Assembly: GCA_963704865.1 (NCBI GenBank)
Contig: CAVPIE010000014.1
Location: 69,937 to 133,936 of the forward strand
From: an uncultured delta proteobacterium
GTDB taxonomy: Bacteria; Myxococcota_A; Polyangia; Polyangiales; Houyiibacteriaceae
Length of the DNA stretch: 64,000 nt
Direction: 5' to 3'
Both the position numbers and the translations under genes were made by a program. Under the pieces are notes generated by a model that made no database searches, was not told the DNA's origin, and worked only from the letters and a program-made list of their open reading frames with translations. This document shows positions 54,963 to 64,000 of this stretch, one piece after another; position 1 is the first letter of the stretch; each line of letters starts with the position of its first letter.

Positions 54963-56024
54963 ATGACCAGCCAGCAGCGCCGCCTTTCATTTCTCGACCG
55001 TTACCTGACGCTGTGGATCTTCGTCGCCATGGCGCTCGGCATTGGCCTGGGCTACCTCGTACCGGGATTTGCCGATGCGCTGAACGCCATGAGCATCGGT
55101 ACGACGTCCATCCCAATCGCGGTGGGCTTGATTCTAATGATGTACCCGCCCCTCGCGAAAGTCCGGTACGAGGAGATGGGGCGCGTCTTCACCAACAAGA
55201 AGGTCCTGACGCTGTCGCTGATTCAGAACTGGGTCATCGGCCCAGTGCTCATGTTTGCCTTGGCGGTCACATTGTTGCCCGACAAGCCGGAGTACATGGT
55301 CGGGCTGATCATCATCGGGCTGGCACGCTGCATCGCCATGGTCATCGTCTGGAATGATCTCGCGCTCGGAGACCGCGAATTCGCAGCAGGATTGGTCGCT
55401 TTCAATTCGATCTTTCAGATTCTGTTCTTCTCGGTCTATGCATGGTTCTTCGTCACCTGGCTGCCGGCACAGCTGGGCCTCGAAGGAGTGGTCGTCGACA
55501 TCACGATCACCGAAATCGCCAAGAGCGTCGCGATCTATCTCGGCATCCCCTTCGCTGCTGGCTTCCTGACACGAACAGGGCTCATCAAGGCGAAGGGACG
55601 CGACTGGTACGACGAGTCCTTTGCGCCGCGCATCGGTCCGATCACGCTAGTCGCCCTTCTCTTCACGATCGTCGTCATGTTCTCGCTCAAGGGAGACACG
55701 ATCGTCGCCCTACCGTTCGACGTGGTTCGCATCGCCATACCGCTTCTCATCTACTTCGTGGCCATGTTCTTCATCTCGTTCTGGCTCTCGAAGGCTGCAG
55801 GGGCCGACTACCCGGTGGCGACGACGCTGTCTTTCACGGCTGCCTCGAACAACTTCGAGCTCGCGATCGCGGTTGCCGTCGCGACCTTTGGCATTCATCA
55901 CGGAGCCGCCTTTGCGGCGGTCATCGGCCCCTTGGTCGAGGTGCCGGTCATGATCGCCCTGGTCAGCGTCGCCCTCGGGATTCGGAAGAGATACTTCGCT
56001 CCCCCCGCCGTGCTAGAAGCATAG
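54963..56024 (+). CDS. acr3: ACR3-family arsenite efflux transporter
   Basis: ORF trimmed to [20 protein letters not shown] (ATG 54963). ACR3 hallmarks [15 protein letters not shown] and [13 protein letters not shown]. Confidence 0.9.
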   Translation: MTSQQRRLSFLDRYLTLWIFVAMALGIGLGYLVPGFADALNAMSIGTTSIPIAVGLILMMYPPLAKVRYEEMGRVFTNKKVLTLSLIQNWVIGPVLMFALAVTLLPDKPEYMVGLIIIGLARCIAMVIVWNDLALGDREFAAGLVAFNSIFQILFFSVYAWFFVTWLPAQLGLEGVVVDITITEIAKSVAIYLGIPFAAGFLTRTGLIKAKGRDWYDESFAPRIGPITLVALLFTIVVMFSLKGDTIVALPFDVVRIAIPLLIYFVAMFFISFWLSKAAGADYPVATTLSFTAASNNFELAIAVAVATFGIHHGAAFAAVIGPLVEVPVMIALVSVALGIRKRYFAPPAVLEA

Positions 56025-56028
56025 CGCC

Positions 56029-56904
56029 ATGAACGGGAGCCACGAGAGAGTCGCCGTCATCACCGGTGCAAGCCGCGGCGTCGGGAAGGGAATTGCCATC
56101 GCCCTCGGTGCTTCAGGTGTCACGGTGTACGTCAGCGGACGGAGCCAGAAAAGCGGCAAGGAGCATCCGCTGGGCGGGACGGTGCAGGCCACGGCTTCGG
56201 CGGTCACCGAGGCTGGCGGCCGAGGCATCGCCGTCACTTGCGACCACTCCGACGACGAGCAGGTTCGCCAGTTGTTCGCACGCGTCGGCGACGAGCAGGG
56301 GCGCCTCGACATCCTGGTCAACAACGCGACCGCGGTGCCGAGGGAGCTCGCCAAGCCCGGTCCGTTTTGGGAGAAGTCCCTCGACCTTTTGCGCATTCTC
56401 GACGTGGGGCAACGCTCACACTACGTCGCCAGCTATTTTGCTGCGCCGATCCTGCTTCGAACCGGAGGTGGCCTCGTCGTGTTCACCTCGAGCTACGGTG
56501 GGCGCTGCTACATGCATGGCCCCGCTTACGGTGCGGGCAAAGCAGGAGTCGACAAGATGGCGATGGACATGGCCGTCGACTTTCGCGATCACGACGTGGC
56601 CGCCATGAGCCTGTGGCTGGGTTTCGTTCGAACCGAGCGGAACGAGCCGCTCTTTCAGCATCCCGATGCCATGAAGGGCCCGTATGGAAAGTTTCTCGCC
56701 AACGCGGAGAGTCCCAATCTGATCGGCCGCGTCATCGAGGCACTGCATTGCGACGAGAAGCGGATGGAGCGCTCGGGCCGCGTTCTCATCGTCGCGGAGC
56801 TTGCACGGGAGTATGGGATCTCCGAGGCCGACGGACGGCAGCCAAAGTCGAACCGAGACGTGCTGGCTGCCCCGCCCGAACCCAGCTCCGTCATCGTCCG
56901 CTAG
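56029..56904 (+). CDS. SDR-family oxidoreductase (DHRS1-like), co-transcribed with acr3
   Basis: VITGASRGVGKGIA, NNA, YGAGKAGV. Starts 4 nt after the acr3 stop. Confidence 0.8.
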   Translation: MNGSHERVAVITGASRGVGKGIAIALGASGVTVYVSGRSQKSGKEHPLGGTVQATASAVTEAGGRGIAVTCDHSDDEQVRQLFARVGDEQGRLDILVNNATAVPRELAKPGPFWEKSLDLLRILDVGQRSHYVASYFAAPILLRTGGGLVVFTSSYGGRCYMHGPAYGAGKAGVDKMAMDMAVDFRDHDVAAMSLWLGFVRTERNEPLFQHPDAMKGPYGKFLANAESPNLIGRVIEALHCDEKRMERSGRVLIVAELAREYGISEADGRQPKSNRDVLAAPPEPSSVIVR

Positions 56905-57533
56905 GCGACCCGCGCGAATACGTAGAGCATCTCCGTCGCGATCTGCAGGCAACGCGCATCATAGGCCAACGCCTCGTCCGGCGTTCCGTCGGCGACTTTG
57001 GGGTCATCGTAACGAATCGGCGCGCGAAGGGCCGCGCCCTTGATCACGGGACAGGCCTCGTCCGCATCGGAGCAGGTCATGATGGCCGCGAAGCCGGTCG
57101 CGGGATTGACAGGGTCATCATAGATCTTCGAGAAGCATTCGATGACCGGACCCTCTTCGTCGAACGTCACCTGGTAGCACGGATTGTCGCCTCCCGGGTT
57201 CTCGATGATGAAACCCGCGCGCTGCATCGCGGCCGCTGCGCGCGGGTTGAACGCCGTTGCTTCGGTGCCACCCGAGTACGTGCGCACATGCTCTATTCCA
57301 AAGTGCGCGGCGGCCGCCGCGGCCCAAAGTTGCCCCATCTGGCTCCGCCGGGAGTTGTGCGTACAGACGAACGTCAGCTCGGCGACTTGCCCTGCCCGAT
57401 GCTTGGCCGCAACGAACGCGGAGACTTCTCGTAGCGCGCGCTTCCGCTCGTCAACAACCTCATCGATATGCGGCAGCGCGCGGCTGATGTAGGCTTCGAG
57501 CCTAGGGTGCATCTGACCGTTCCCTACCTTCAA
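56901..57533 (-). CDS. arsC: arsenate reductase, low-molecular-weight phosphatase (thioredoxin-coupled) type
   Basis: CX5R(S) P-loop FVCTHNSRRSQMG. Downstream Cys pair (MTCSDADEACP). Alternative start at 57512. Confidence 0.8.
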   Translation of the reverse strand: MKVGNGQMHPRLEAYISRALPHIDEVVDERKRALREVSAFVAAKHRAGQVAELTFVCTHNSRRSQMGQLWAAAAAAHFGIEHVRTYSGGTEATAFNPRAAAAMQRAGFIIENPGGDNPCYQVTFDEEGPVIECFSKIYDDPVNPATGFAAIMTCSDADEACPVIKGAALRAPIRYDDPKVADGTPDEALAYDARCLQIATEMLYVFARVA

Positions 57534-57583
57534 TAGCGCCGCAAAGCCATGTTTTTTATCGCGTCCCGTGTTGCCGTCGGGGG

Positions 57584-57899
57584 GTGTCCCATTCGTACGA
57601 CCGCTATCACGACTTCGAGCGAACGATGGAGCTCAACTACTTCGGCTCGCTCAAGCTCATCTTGGGCCTCTTGCCGACCATGCGTGAGCGCAAAGGCGGC
57701 CAAATCGTCACCATCTCTAGCATCGGTGTTCAAACCAATGCGCCACGGTTCAGCGCCTACGTCGCGAGCAAGGCCGCCCTCGATGCCTTTAGCCGTTCAA
57801 TTCCCGGATTCGCCAAAGAAGGGCGAGGAAGGCGATCACCGACCGCCGGGGCCCGAAGCAGTGGCCTTCGCACACATCATGCACGGGATTCACTGGTAG
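57584..57899 (+). pseudogene. SDR gene remnant, paralogous to 28943..29860: lacks the NAD(P)-binding N-terminus and is frameshifted at the 3' end
   Basis: SYDRYHDFERTMELNYFGSLKLILGLLPTMRERKGGQIVTISSIGVQTNAPRFSAYVASKAALDAFSRS aligns with SYDRVHDFERTLALNFLGAVRLIMGFLPGMRAQKSGQILNVSTIGVQVNVPRYGAYIASKAALDAFSRV of the intact SDR. No TGxxxGxG segment upstream. Homology is lost after 57799. Confidence 0.65.
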
Positions 57900-58012
57900 G
57901 ACGCGGCGCTGCGCCGGGTTCCACCGAGCTCACACAACGACGTGATCGCGCTGCGAGGCTCGCGCATGCCAGTGTGATCACCTTCGCGTAACGAGCGAGG
58001 TCGAGCCGTACG

Positions 58013-60256
58013 TTAGATCTGCAAGCGGCGCAGACGCAACGAGTTCGCGATCACGGACACGGAGCTGAAGCTCATCGCTCCCGCCGCGATCATCGGGCTG
58101 AGAAGGAGGCCGAACACCGGATAGGCCACGCCAGCAGCAATTGGCACCCCCAAGCTGTTGTAGACGAAGGCAAAGAACAGGTTCTGTTTGATGTTGGCCA
58201 TCGTCGCCCGACTGAGCTTTCGGGCACGAACGATTCCGCGCAGGTCGCCTTTGACCAGAGTTACGCCGGCGCTCTCCATCGCCACGTCGGTGCCGGTGCC
58301 CATGGCGATTCCGACATGCGCCTGCGCTAGCGCCGGGGCGTCGTTGATCCCGTCGCCCGCCATCGCCACGACGCTTCCGCCGTCCTGCAGGCGCTTGATG
58401 ACCTCTGCCTTTTGATCGGGCAGCACCTCGGCGATCACCTCGTCGATCGACAGCTTCGCGGCGACTGCGTCGGCGGTCTTGCGGTTGTCGCCAGTGAGCA
58501 TCACGACGCGCACCCCCTCCGCATGCAAGGCGGCAATGGCGTCTGGCGTATTGTCTTTGATGGGGTCGGCCACGCCGAGGATCCCGGCGACCGATCCATC
58601 GACCACGACGAACATGACGGTTTGCCCTTGGCCGCGTAACTCGTCTGCCCGGCGAGCCTGCGCACCCGCGGATAGGCCGAGTCCTTCGAGCAGCTTGAGA
58701 TTCCCAAGCGCCACGTCACGGGCCGCAACACGGCCGAGCACGCCCTGACCCGTGATCGACTCGAACGATTCCGCATGCGGTATGGAAACACCTCGTTCTA
58801 GAGCACCGGCCACGATCGCTTCCGCCAAGGGATGCTCGCTTGCACGCTCGAGACCGGATGCAGCGCTGAGCAGCTCGGTCGCGTCGAACCCAGGGGCCGT
58901 CTCCACGATCACCAGCGCGGGTCGGCCCGCCGTGAGTGTTCCCGTCTTGTCCACGACGAGGGTGTCTACTTTGCGCAAGACTTCGATCGCTTCGGCATCC
59001 TTGAAGAGAACGCCGACACTCGCCCCTTTGCCCATGGCGACCATGATCGACATCGGGGTCGCCAGGCCGAGCGCACAAGGGCACGCGATGATGAGGACGG
59101 CAACCGCGTTGATCAAACCATGCGCCATGCGTGGCTCCGGGCCGACCAGCCCCCAAATCGCGAACGTCACGATGGCTACACTGATTACGATCGGCACGAA
59201 GTAGCCGGACACCACGTCCGCAAGCTTCTGGATCGGAGCCCGGCTTCGTTGCGCTTCGGCGACCATCGCGACGATCCGGGACAAAAGCGTATCCGAGCCA
59301 ACCTTTTCGGCCCGTATGATGAGCATTCCGGTACCATTGATCGTTGCTCCAATGACCTGATCTCCCTCGTGCTTCTCGATTGGAATCGGCTCGCCAGTCA
59401 CCATCGACTCGTCGATGGAGCTTGCCCCTTCAAGAACGACCCCGTCGACTGGCACTTTCTCACCAGGGCGCACACGCAAGCGATCCCCAGCGTGAACGTG
59501 CTCCAACGGTACGTCCTCGTCACTTCCGTCCTCGCGAATGCGTCGCGCCGTTTTTGCCGCGAGGCCGAGGAGCTTCTTGATTGCGGCCCCCGTCTGACCA
59601 CGCGCGCGAAGCTCCAAAACTTGCCCCAACAAGATCAGCGTGACGATTACCGCAGCCGCCTCGAAGTACACCGCGACTTCTCCACCCTCGTTTCGAAACG
59701 ACTTGGGAAAGATTTGGGGCGCGAGCGCCGCGACGACGCTGTAGCCATATGCAACGCTCACACCCAAGCCGATCAGCGTGAACATGTTCAGGCTCTTGTT
59801 TTTCAACGACTGTGCGAAGCGAACATAAAAAGGCCAGGCTGCCCAGAGGCAAACGGGTGTTGCGAGTGCAAGCTCCAACAGAGTCCGCGCCCTCGGGGTA
59901 AAAATCTGTGAGATCGGCTCTCCGGGAAGCAGGTCGCCCATCGCAATGACAGCCACCGGAATGGCGAACGCGGCCGCCACCCAAAAGCGGCGCGTCATAT
60001 CGACGAGCTCCGGGTTCGCAGCATCGTCATCTGCCGAGACGTCGCGTGGCTCGAGCGCCATCCCGCAAATCGGGCAGCTTCCCGGCTCGACCCTCACGAT
60101 CTCCGGGTGCATCGGGCAGGTCCACTCGACCTGCGCTCGTGGTGGCGGTGGCGCGACGGGTTCGAGCGCCATTCCGCAGATCGGGCAGGACCCGCTGTGA
60201 TCTTGTCGGACCTCCGGATGCATGGGACAGGTGTACAGTTCGTTCGAGATAGGCAT
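58013..60256 (-). CDS. copA: copper-translocating P1B-type ATPase with two N-terminal CPxHP...CPICGM metal-binding modules
   Basis: CPC ([13 protein letters not shown]), [19 protein letters not shown]. Two tandem copies of CPMHPE(V/I)..[12 protein letters not shown] at the N-terminus. No GMTCxxC HMA domain. Confidence 0.92.
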   Translation of the reverse strand: MPISNELYTCPMHPEVRQDHSGSCPICGMALEPVAPPPPRAQVEWTCPMHPEIVRVEPGSCPICGMALEPRDVSADDDAANPELVDMTRRFWVAAAFAIPVAVIAMGDLLPGEPISQIFTPRARTLLELALATPVCLWAAWPFYVRFAQSLKNKSLNMFTLIGLGVSVAYGYSVVAALAPQIFPKSFRNEGGEVAVYFEAAAVIVTLILLGQVLELRARGQTGAAIKKLLGLAAKTARRIREDGSDEDVPLEHVHAGDRLRVRPGEKVPVDGVVLEGASSIDESMVTGEPIPIEKHEGDQVIGATINGTGMLIIRAEKVGSDTLLSRIVAMVAEAQRSRAPIQKLADVVSGYFVPIVISVAIVTFAIWGLVGPEPRMAHGLINAVAVLIIACPCALGLATPMSIMVAMGKGASVGVLFKDAEAIEVLRKVDTLVVDKTGTLTAGRPALVIVETAPGFDATELLSAASGLERASEHPLAEAIVAGALERGVSIPHAESFESITGQGVLGRVAARDVALGNLKLLEGLGLSAGAQARRADELRGQGQTVMFVVVDGSVAGILGVADPIKDNTPDAIAALHAEGVRVVMLTGDNRKTADAVAAKLSIDEVIAEVLPDQKAEVIKRLQDGGSVVAMAGDGINDAPALAQAHVGIAMGTGTDVAMESAGVTLVKGDLRGIVRARKLSRATMANIKQNLFFAFVYNSLGVPIAAGVAYPVFGLLLSPMIAAGAMSFSSVSVIANSLRLRRLQI

Positions 60257-60322
60257 GGCTTCCTACCCTCCCCGCTATGGGGCAAAAACGACGCGACCGC
60301 ACCTGGCGGGCGCTGTGCTAGA

Positions 60323-60718
60323 ATGGAGTTCCGAATGCTGCGAGCAGCCACAGCCCTTTTGACGCTCATGTTCGTGGCCACCACCGGGGTGGCTGGGGCG
60401 GCGCTGCATCTGTGCGCCATGGAAGGCCTCATCGTGAGGACCTGCTGCTGCCACGGCGAACACGAGGGGCCTCCCGTCCAGCTCGAGCCTGTCGACGATT
60501 GCTGCGGCGCGCTGATCTCGAAGAGCGAGCATCCGCCGGTCGCGACCGGAAGCGACAAGGCCGGCGTGGATGCGCCCCTTTTGATTTCCTTGGCCGTCCA
60601 GATGGACGAGCCCGGCGATGCACCCCCCACCGACGCGGGGTGGATTCCGCTGGCGCGCGGCTCTCCTGGAGTACACGGCCCACCTCTGTTTGTTTGGAAC
60701 TGCTCCTATCTGATTTGA
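60323..60718 (+). CDS. small secreted Cys/His-rich protein of unknown function
   Basis: ORF 60107..60718 trimmed to MEFRMLRAATALLTLMFVATTGVAGA (ATG 60323 or 60335). HLCAMEG, TCCCHGEHEG, DDCCG clusters. Divergent from copA and directly upstream of cusCBA. Confidence 0.5.
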   Translation: MEFRMLRAATALLTLMFVATTGVAGAALHLCAMEGLIVRTCCCHGEHEGPPVQLEPVDDCCGALISKSEHPPVATGSDKAGVDAPLLISLAVQMDEPGDAPPTDAGWIPLARGSPGVHGPPLFVWNCSYLI

Positions 60719-60816
60719 GCCCTCTGCGCGTCTTGGGCTGAGCGGCGGTCATCGCCGTTCGAGGCGGGTCTGTGTTCAAAGCAGGCCCTGGGTATGTGCA
60801 GAGGAGCAAGGGAGCA

Positions 60817-62205
60817 ATGAATCGAATACCAATGGCCGCGGCCGTGGTGCCTTGGCTCGTATGGAGTATGGGCCTCAGTGGCTGCGCGCACGGCCAGCGC
60901 GGTGAGTACCATGCGCAAAAAAGCGCGCTCGACGCAGCAAAGCAACGAAACGGTGCCGACGGGGAGGAGCTCGAGGAGCAATCATCGTTCCGCAGCGACA
61001 CCGCTCTAGAACGGGAGGCGCTCGTTCGCGCCGTCCTCGCGCGAAACCCCAACTTGGAAGCGGCGAGGCAGGCTTGGCGGGCCACGCTGGCGGAACACCC
61101 CCAGGCACGCTCCCTCGAAGATACCTTGGCGAGCTATTCGCTTGCGCCACTGAGCATACGCTCGGACGTGGTGCGGTTTGGCCAGGTCGTTCGGCTCGAG
61201 CAACGCTTCCCCACGCCCGGTAAGTTCAGGTTTGCCGGAGAGGTTGCGCTCGCAGAGGCCGAGGCGATGCGCGGCGGCTACGAAGCGGTGCGGCTGACGC
61301 TTGCCCTGATGGCTTCGTCCCTGTTCGACGACTACCACCGAGTGACGCGTGTCCTCACGCTCAATGACGAGCATCGTGAGCTGATCGAGGACATCAAAGC
61401 AAGCGCGATGGTGCAATACGAATCAGGACGCGCTTCTCAGCAAGATGTCCTGCAAGCCGAGGTGGAGCTGGCGCACATCATCCATCAACGCGTCATGCTC
61501 GAATCGGAGCGGAGGGTGATTATGGCGCAGATCAACGGCCTGCTCCATCAGCGCCCCGAGCTGGAGCTCCCTGCGCCGCCTCGAAGGACGACACCACCCT
61601 CGATCGAAGTGCCTCAGACGGAAGAATTGCAGCGAGACGCGCTGGAGCATCGGCCCGAGCTTCATGCCGCGCAATCTCAGTTGCGGGCTGCGGACTCCGC
61701 GGTCGGGCTCGCCAAACGCAACTACTCACCCGCAATAGGACTCATGGGAGAATACAACTCGATGTGGGCCCGAACGGAGCATCAATGGATGACCGGGGTT
61801 TCGCTGAACCTGCCACTGCAGATCAGGTCGCGGAAGGGCGCCGTCGACGAAGCGCAGGCCCGTGCCGAGCAGGCCTCCGCCGAGCTCTCTGTGAAGCGAG
61901 ACGAGGTGCGGGTCGAGGTCGATCAAGCACGCCAGCGCGTGCTCGAAGCGGAGCATGTGGTTCGGTTGTATGAGACGCGACTGATCCCGGCGGCGCGGGC
62001 GCAAATCGACGCAGCCGGGTTCGGTTACGACACCGGACGGAATAGCTTTCAGGCGCTGATCGACGCCGAACGTTCGCTTCGAACACTCGAGATCGAATAC
62101 GAGCAGGTTTTGGCCAGCCTCGGGCAGCGGGCTGCAGAGCTCGATCGGGCACGCGGAATCTTACCGGGCCTGGGAAATCAAGGAGGGCCGAATGAGCTTC
62201 CGTGA
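60817..62205 (+). CDS. cusC: TolC-family outer-membrane efflux lipoprotein (CusC-like)
   Basis: ORF trimmed to MNRIPMAAAVVPWLVWSMGLSGC (lipobox; GGAG Shine-Dalgarno). Two OEP repeats with coiled-coil character. Confidence 0.85.
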   Translation: MNRIPMAAAVVPWLVWSMGLSGCAHGQRGEYHAQKSALDAAKQRNGADGEELEEQSSFRSDTALEREALVRAVLARNPNLEAARQAWRATLAEHPQARSLEDTLASYSLAPLSIRSDVVRFGQVVRLEQRFPTPGKFRFAGEVALAEAEAMRGGYEAVRLTLALMASSLFDDYHRVTRVLTLNDEHRELIEDIKASAMVQYESGRASQQDVLQAEVELAHIIHQRVMLESERRVIMAQINGLLHQRPELELPAPPRRTTPPSIEVPQTEELQRDALEHRPELHAAQSQLRAADSAVGLAKRNYSPAIGLMGEYNSMWARTEHQWMTGVSLNLPLQIRSRKGAVDEAQARAEQASAELSVKRDEVRVEVDQARQRVLEAEHVVRLYETRLIPAARAQIDAAGFGYDTGRNSFQALIDAERSLRTLEIEYEQVLASLGQRAAELDRARGILPGLGNQGGPNELP

Positions 62206-63460
62206 ACCTACTGGAAAGCGACGCTACTGGGCGCTCCTCGGCCTGCTGCTTCTCGGAATGGCTGGCGCCGCGATTTGGATGTTCAGCCGGGACACCGGGC
62301 AGCCGGAGGCAAGCCAGGAAGAGGTCGATCATCACGCGCACGAAGAGGGCGTCGCGTATTACACCTGTCCCATGCACCCTTCTGTGCAGCAGCCGTCGCC
62401 AGGGAAGTGTCCGATATGCGGCATGGACCTCACGCCGGTGAAGCAGGAGGACTTGAAGAGTGGGATCATCGTGGTCGACGAAGTGCGCCGGCAGCAGATT
62501 GGGGTCAGGACGGCAGCCGTGGAGCGGCGAAACGTCTCGCGTCAGATTCGTGCCGTGGGCCAAGTCAAGGTCGACGAGACACGTCTCTCGGACGTGAACC
62601 TTCGCATGAGTGGCTGGGTGCACCGGCTCCATGTCGAGGAGACCGGGCAACGTGTCAAGCGAGGGCAAGTCCTGTTTACACTTTACAGCCCCGAGCTCTA
62701 CGCGGCCGAACGCGAATACCTGACCACGTTGAAACGGGACCGTGAGGCTCGTTCGGTCACGAGCTCGGAGCTGACGCGCGCCTCCGAACAACGGCTTCGT
62801 CTGCTCGGCATGAGCCAAGCACAGATTCGCGAGCTCGCACGGCGGGACGAGGCCTGGGAGAACGTTCCTGTGGTGGCTCCAGCTACCGGATACGTCATCC
62901 ACAAAGATGTGGTGGAGGGCGGGCGCATCGAGGTCGGCACACGCGTCTACCGAATCGCCGACCTGAGCCGTCTCTGGGTCGATGCGGAAGTGTATGAATC
63001 CGATCTGGCCCAGGTGAAGAAAAATCAACCGGTGTCCGTGCAACTTCCCTATGTGCCCGGACAGAGCTTTGAGGGCACGGTGGACTATATCTACCCAACG
63101 CTGGACGCAGTCACACGGACGGGTCGTGTGCGTGTGGCGCTCGACAACCCAGGCTTGACGCTCAAGCCCGACATGTACGCTGATGTCGAGCTCGCTGTAG
63201 ACCTCGGGGAACGACTCGTGATTCCCAGTTCGGCGGTGATCTACACGGGGCCCCGCCGCCTGGTATTCGTCGACCTCGGCGAAGGAAGGCTTCGTCCGCA
63301 AGAGATCGAAGTCGGCGTACGGGCAGGCGATTACGTCGAAGTGACGCACGGCCTCGAACCGGGCGATGTCGTCGTGACTTCCGGGAATTTTCTCATCGCG
63401 GCCGAGAGCCGCATTCGATCCGCCACCGGGTATTGGGGAGGCGGGCATGGCGCTCACTGA
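62192..63460 (+). CDS. cusB: RND efflux periplasmic adaptor (CusB-like) with N-terminal CPxHP...CPICGM module
   Basis: TM anchor, YTCPMHPSVQQPSPGKCPICGMDLTPV, then HlyD/CusB-type barrel-sandwich and beta-barrel regions. 14-nt overlap with cusC. Confidence 0.85.
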   Translation: MSFREPTGKRRYWALLGLLLLGMAGAAIWMFSRDTGQPEASQEEVDHHAHEEGVAYYTCPMHPSVQQPSPGKCPICGMDLTPVKQEDLKSGIIVVDEVRRQQIGVRTAAVERRNVSRQIRAVGQVKVDETRLSDVNLRMSGWVHRLHVEETGQRVKRGQVLFTLYSPELYAAEREYLTTLKRDREARSVTSSELTRASEQRLRLLGMSQAQIRELARRDEAWENVPVVAPATGYVIHKDVVEGGRIEVGTRVYRIADLSRLWVDAEVYESDLAQVKKNQPVSVQLPYVPGQSFEGTVDYIYPTLDAVTRTGRVRVALDNPGLTLKPDMYADVELAVDLGERLVIPSSAVIYTGPRRLVFVDLGEGRLRPQEIEVGVRAGDYVEVTHGLEPGDVVVTSGNFLIAAESRIRSATGYWGGGHGAH

Positions 63461-64000
63461 AGACGAGGCGAGCCCGAAGCCTACTTTGATTGCCCGCCTC
63501 ATCGAGGCGAGTGCGCGTCAGCCTTTCATGACGCTCTTGTTCGCAATCGTGGCGGGTGTTTGGGGCTACTACTCGCTCCGGAACGCGCCGCTCGACGCGA
63601 TTCCAGATCTCTCGGACACGCAGGTCATCATCTTCACGGAGTGGCAGGGCCGAAGCCCCGACTTGGTCGAAGATCAGATCACTTACCCGATTTCGACCTT
63701 TCTGCTGGCAGCACCGAAGGTCAAGTTCGTGCGAGGCCAGTCTTTCTTCGGGCTCTCGTTCGTTTCGGTGATCTTCGAAGACGGGACCGACATGTACTGG
63801 GCGCGAAGCCGAGTCCTGGAATACCTCAACTCCGCGCTCGCCGACCTGCCGGACCGCGTGCGCCCCACCCTAGGCCCGGATGCGACCGGCGTGGGCTGGG
63901 TGTTCCAGTACGCCTTGGTGGACAGGAGCGGTAAGCACGACCTGCAAGAGCTGCGCTCGTTCCAGGACTGGAATCTGCGGTACGCGCTCGAGAGCGTGCC
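63447..64000 (+). CDS. cusA: heavy-metal RND efflux pump CusA/CzcA family, N-terminal part; runs off the window end
   Basis: Own translation from ATG 63447: MALTEDEASPKPTLIARLIEASARQPFMTLLFAIVAGVWGYYSLRNAPLDAIPDLSDTQVIIFTEWQGRSPDLVEDQITYPIS..GPDATGVGWVFQYALVD. Classic CusA N-terminus. 14-nt overlap with cusB. Absent from the ORF track because it is open-ended. Confidence 0.9.
   Translation, partial: MALTEDEASPKPTLIARLIEASARQPFMTLLFAIVAGVWGYYSLRNAPLDAIPDLSDTQVIIFTEWQGRSPDLVEDQITYPISTFLLAAPKVKFVRGQSFFGLSFVSVIFEDGTDMYWARSRVLEYLNSALADLPDRVRPTLGPDATGVGWVFQYALVDRSGKHDLQELRSFQDWNLRYALESV

Noticed and set aside
60316-60324. Extended -10-like element TGcTAGAAT upstream of the Cys-rich ORF
   Set aside because: It overlaps the first candidate ATG (60323), has no convincing -35, and I cannot distinguish it from chance. 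It is mentioned only as a reason the 60335 ATG might be the real start.
61823-63502. 559-aa antisense ORF opposite cusC/cusB. Similar long antisense ORFs occur at 13087..14265, 10896..11960, 58832..59911, 44126..45106, 48840..49799, 53016..53957 and 35333..36253.
   Set aside because: All lie opposite genes with strong motif support and have Arg/Pro/His/Gly-biased, motif-free translations. I interpret them as shadow ORFs of a high-GC genome.
54963-64000. Calling the arsenic/copper block a mobile genomic island
   Set aside because: I found no integrase, transposase, tRNA target, conjugation genes or flanking direct repeats by eye. Only the SDR remnant hints at rearrangement. Evidence is insufficient for a mobile_element feature.

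Overview
High-GC (roughly two-thirds G+C by eye) bacterial chromosomal window, densely coding, with about 58 supportable genes. Gene content suggests a myxobacterium-like organism: eukaryote-like Ser/Thr kinase with PP2C, a sigma-54 promoter, alkyl-DHAP synthase, RCC1-repeat lipoproteins, a TMEM97/EXPERA homolog. This is an inference only. I saw no rRNA, tRNA, CRISPR array, transposase or integrase. All functional calls rest on motifs I could read in the translations; no searches were run. Main blocks: (1) ion and osmotic homeostasis at 1.4-8.6 kb: two MscS channels, CorA, a TerB-like protein, and a giant coiled-coil/multi-TM/P-loop protein coupled to an MscS. (2) Scattered lipid-metabolism genes: NAPE-PLD-like MBL hydrolase, WS/DGAT, DAG-kinase-like, PlsC, alkyl-DHAP synthase, GDPD, FabH, CDP-alcohol phosphatidyltransferase. 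(3) A translationally coupled SulP-DabA-DabB-second PF00361 operon next to an alpha-carbonic anhydrase gene whose 3' end looks decayed. (4) A MerR(LiuR-like)/acyl-CoA dehydrogenase/BKACE/ScoAB/AtoE block for fatty-acid and ketone-body use, facing a DctP-kinase-phosphatase-AtoE operon. (5) Glutathione-dependent formaldehyde detoxification genes. (6) An arsenic (ACR3, ArsC) plus copper (CopA, CusCBA) resistance block containing an SDR pseudogene remnant. The most interesting candidates are the four-gene DAB-type inorganic-carbon module with an extra divergent antiporter-like subunit, the split MscK-like ATPase-MscS pair, and the bacterial TMEM97 homolog coupled to WS/DGAT. Lesser points are an in-frame TGA inside a 7-blade RCC1-like lipoprotein behind a textbook sigma-54 promoter, and a small Cys/His-rich secreted protein in the copper locus.
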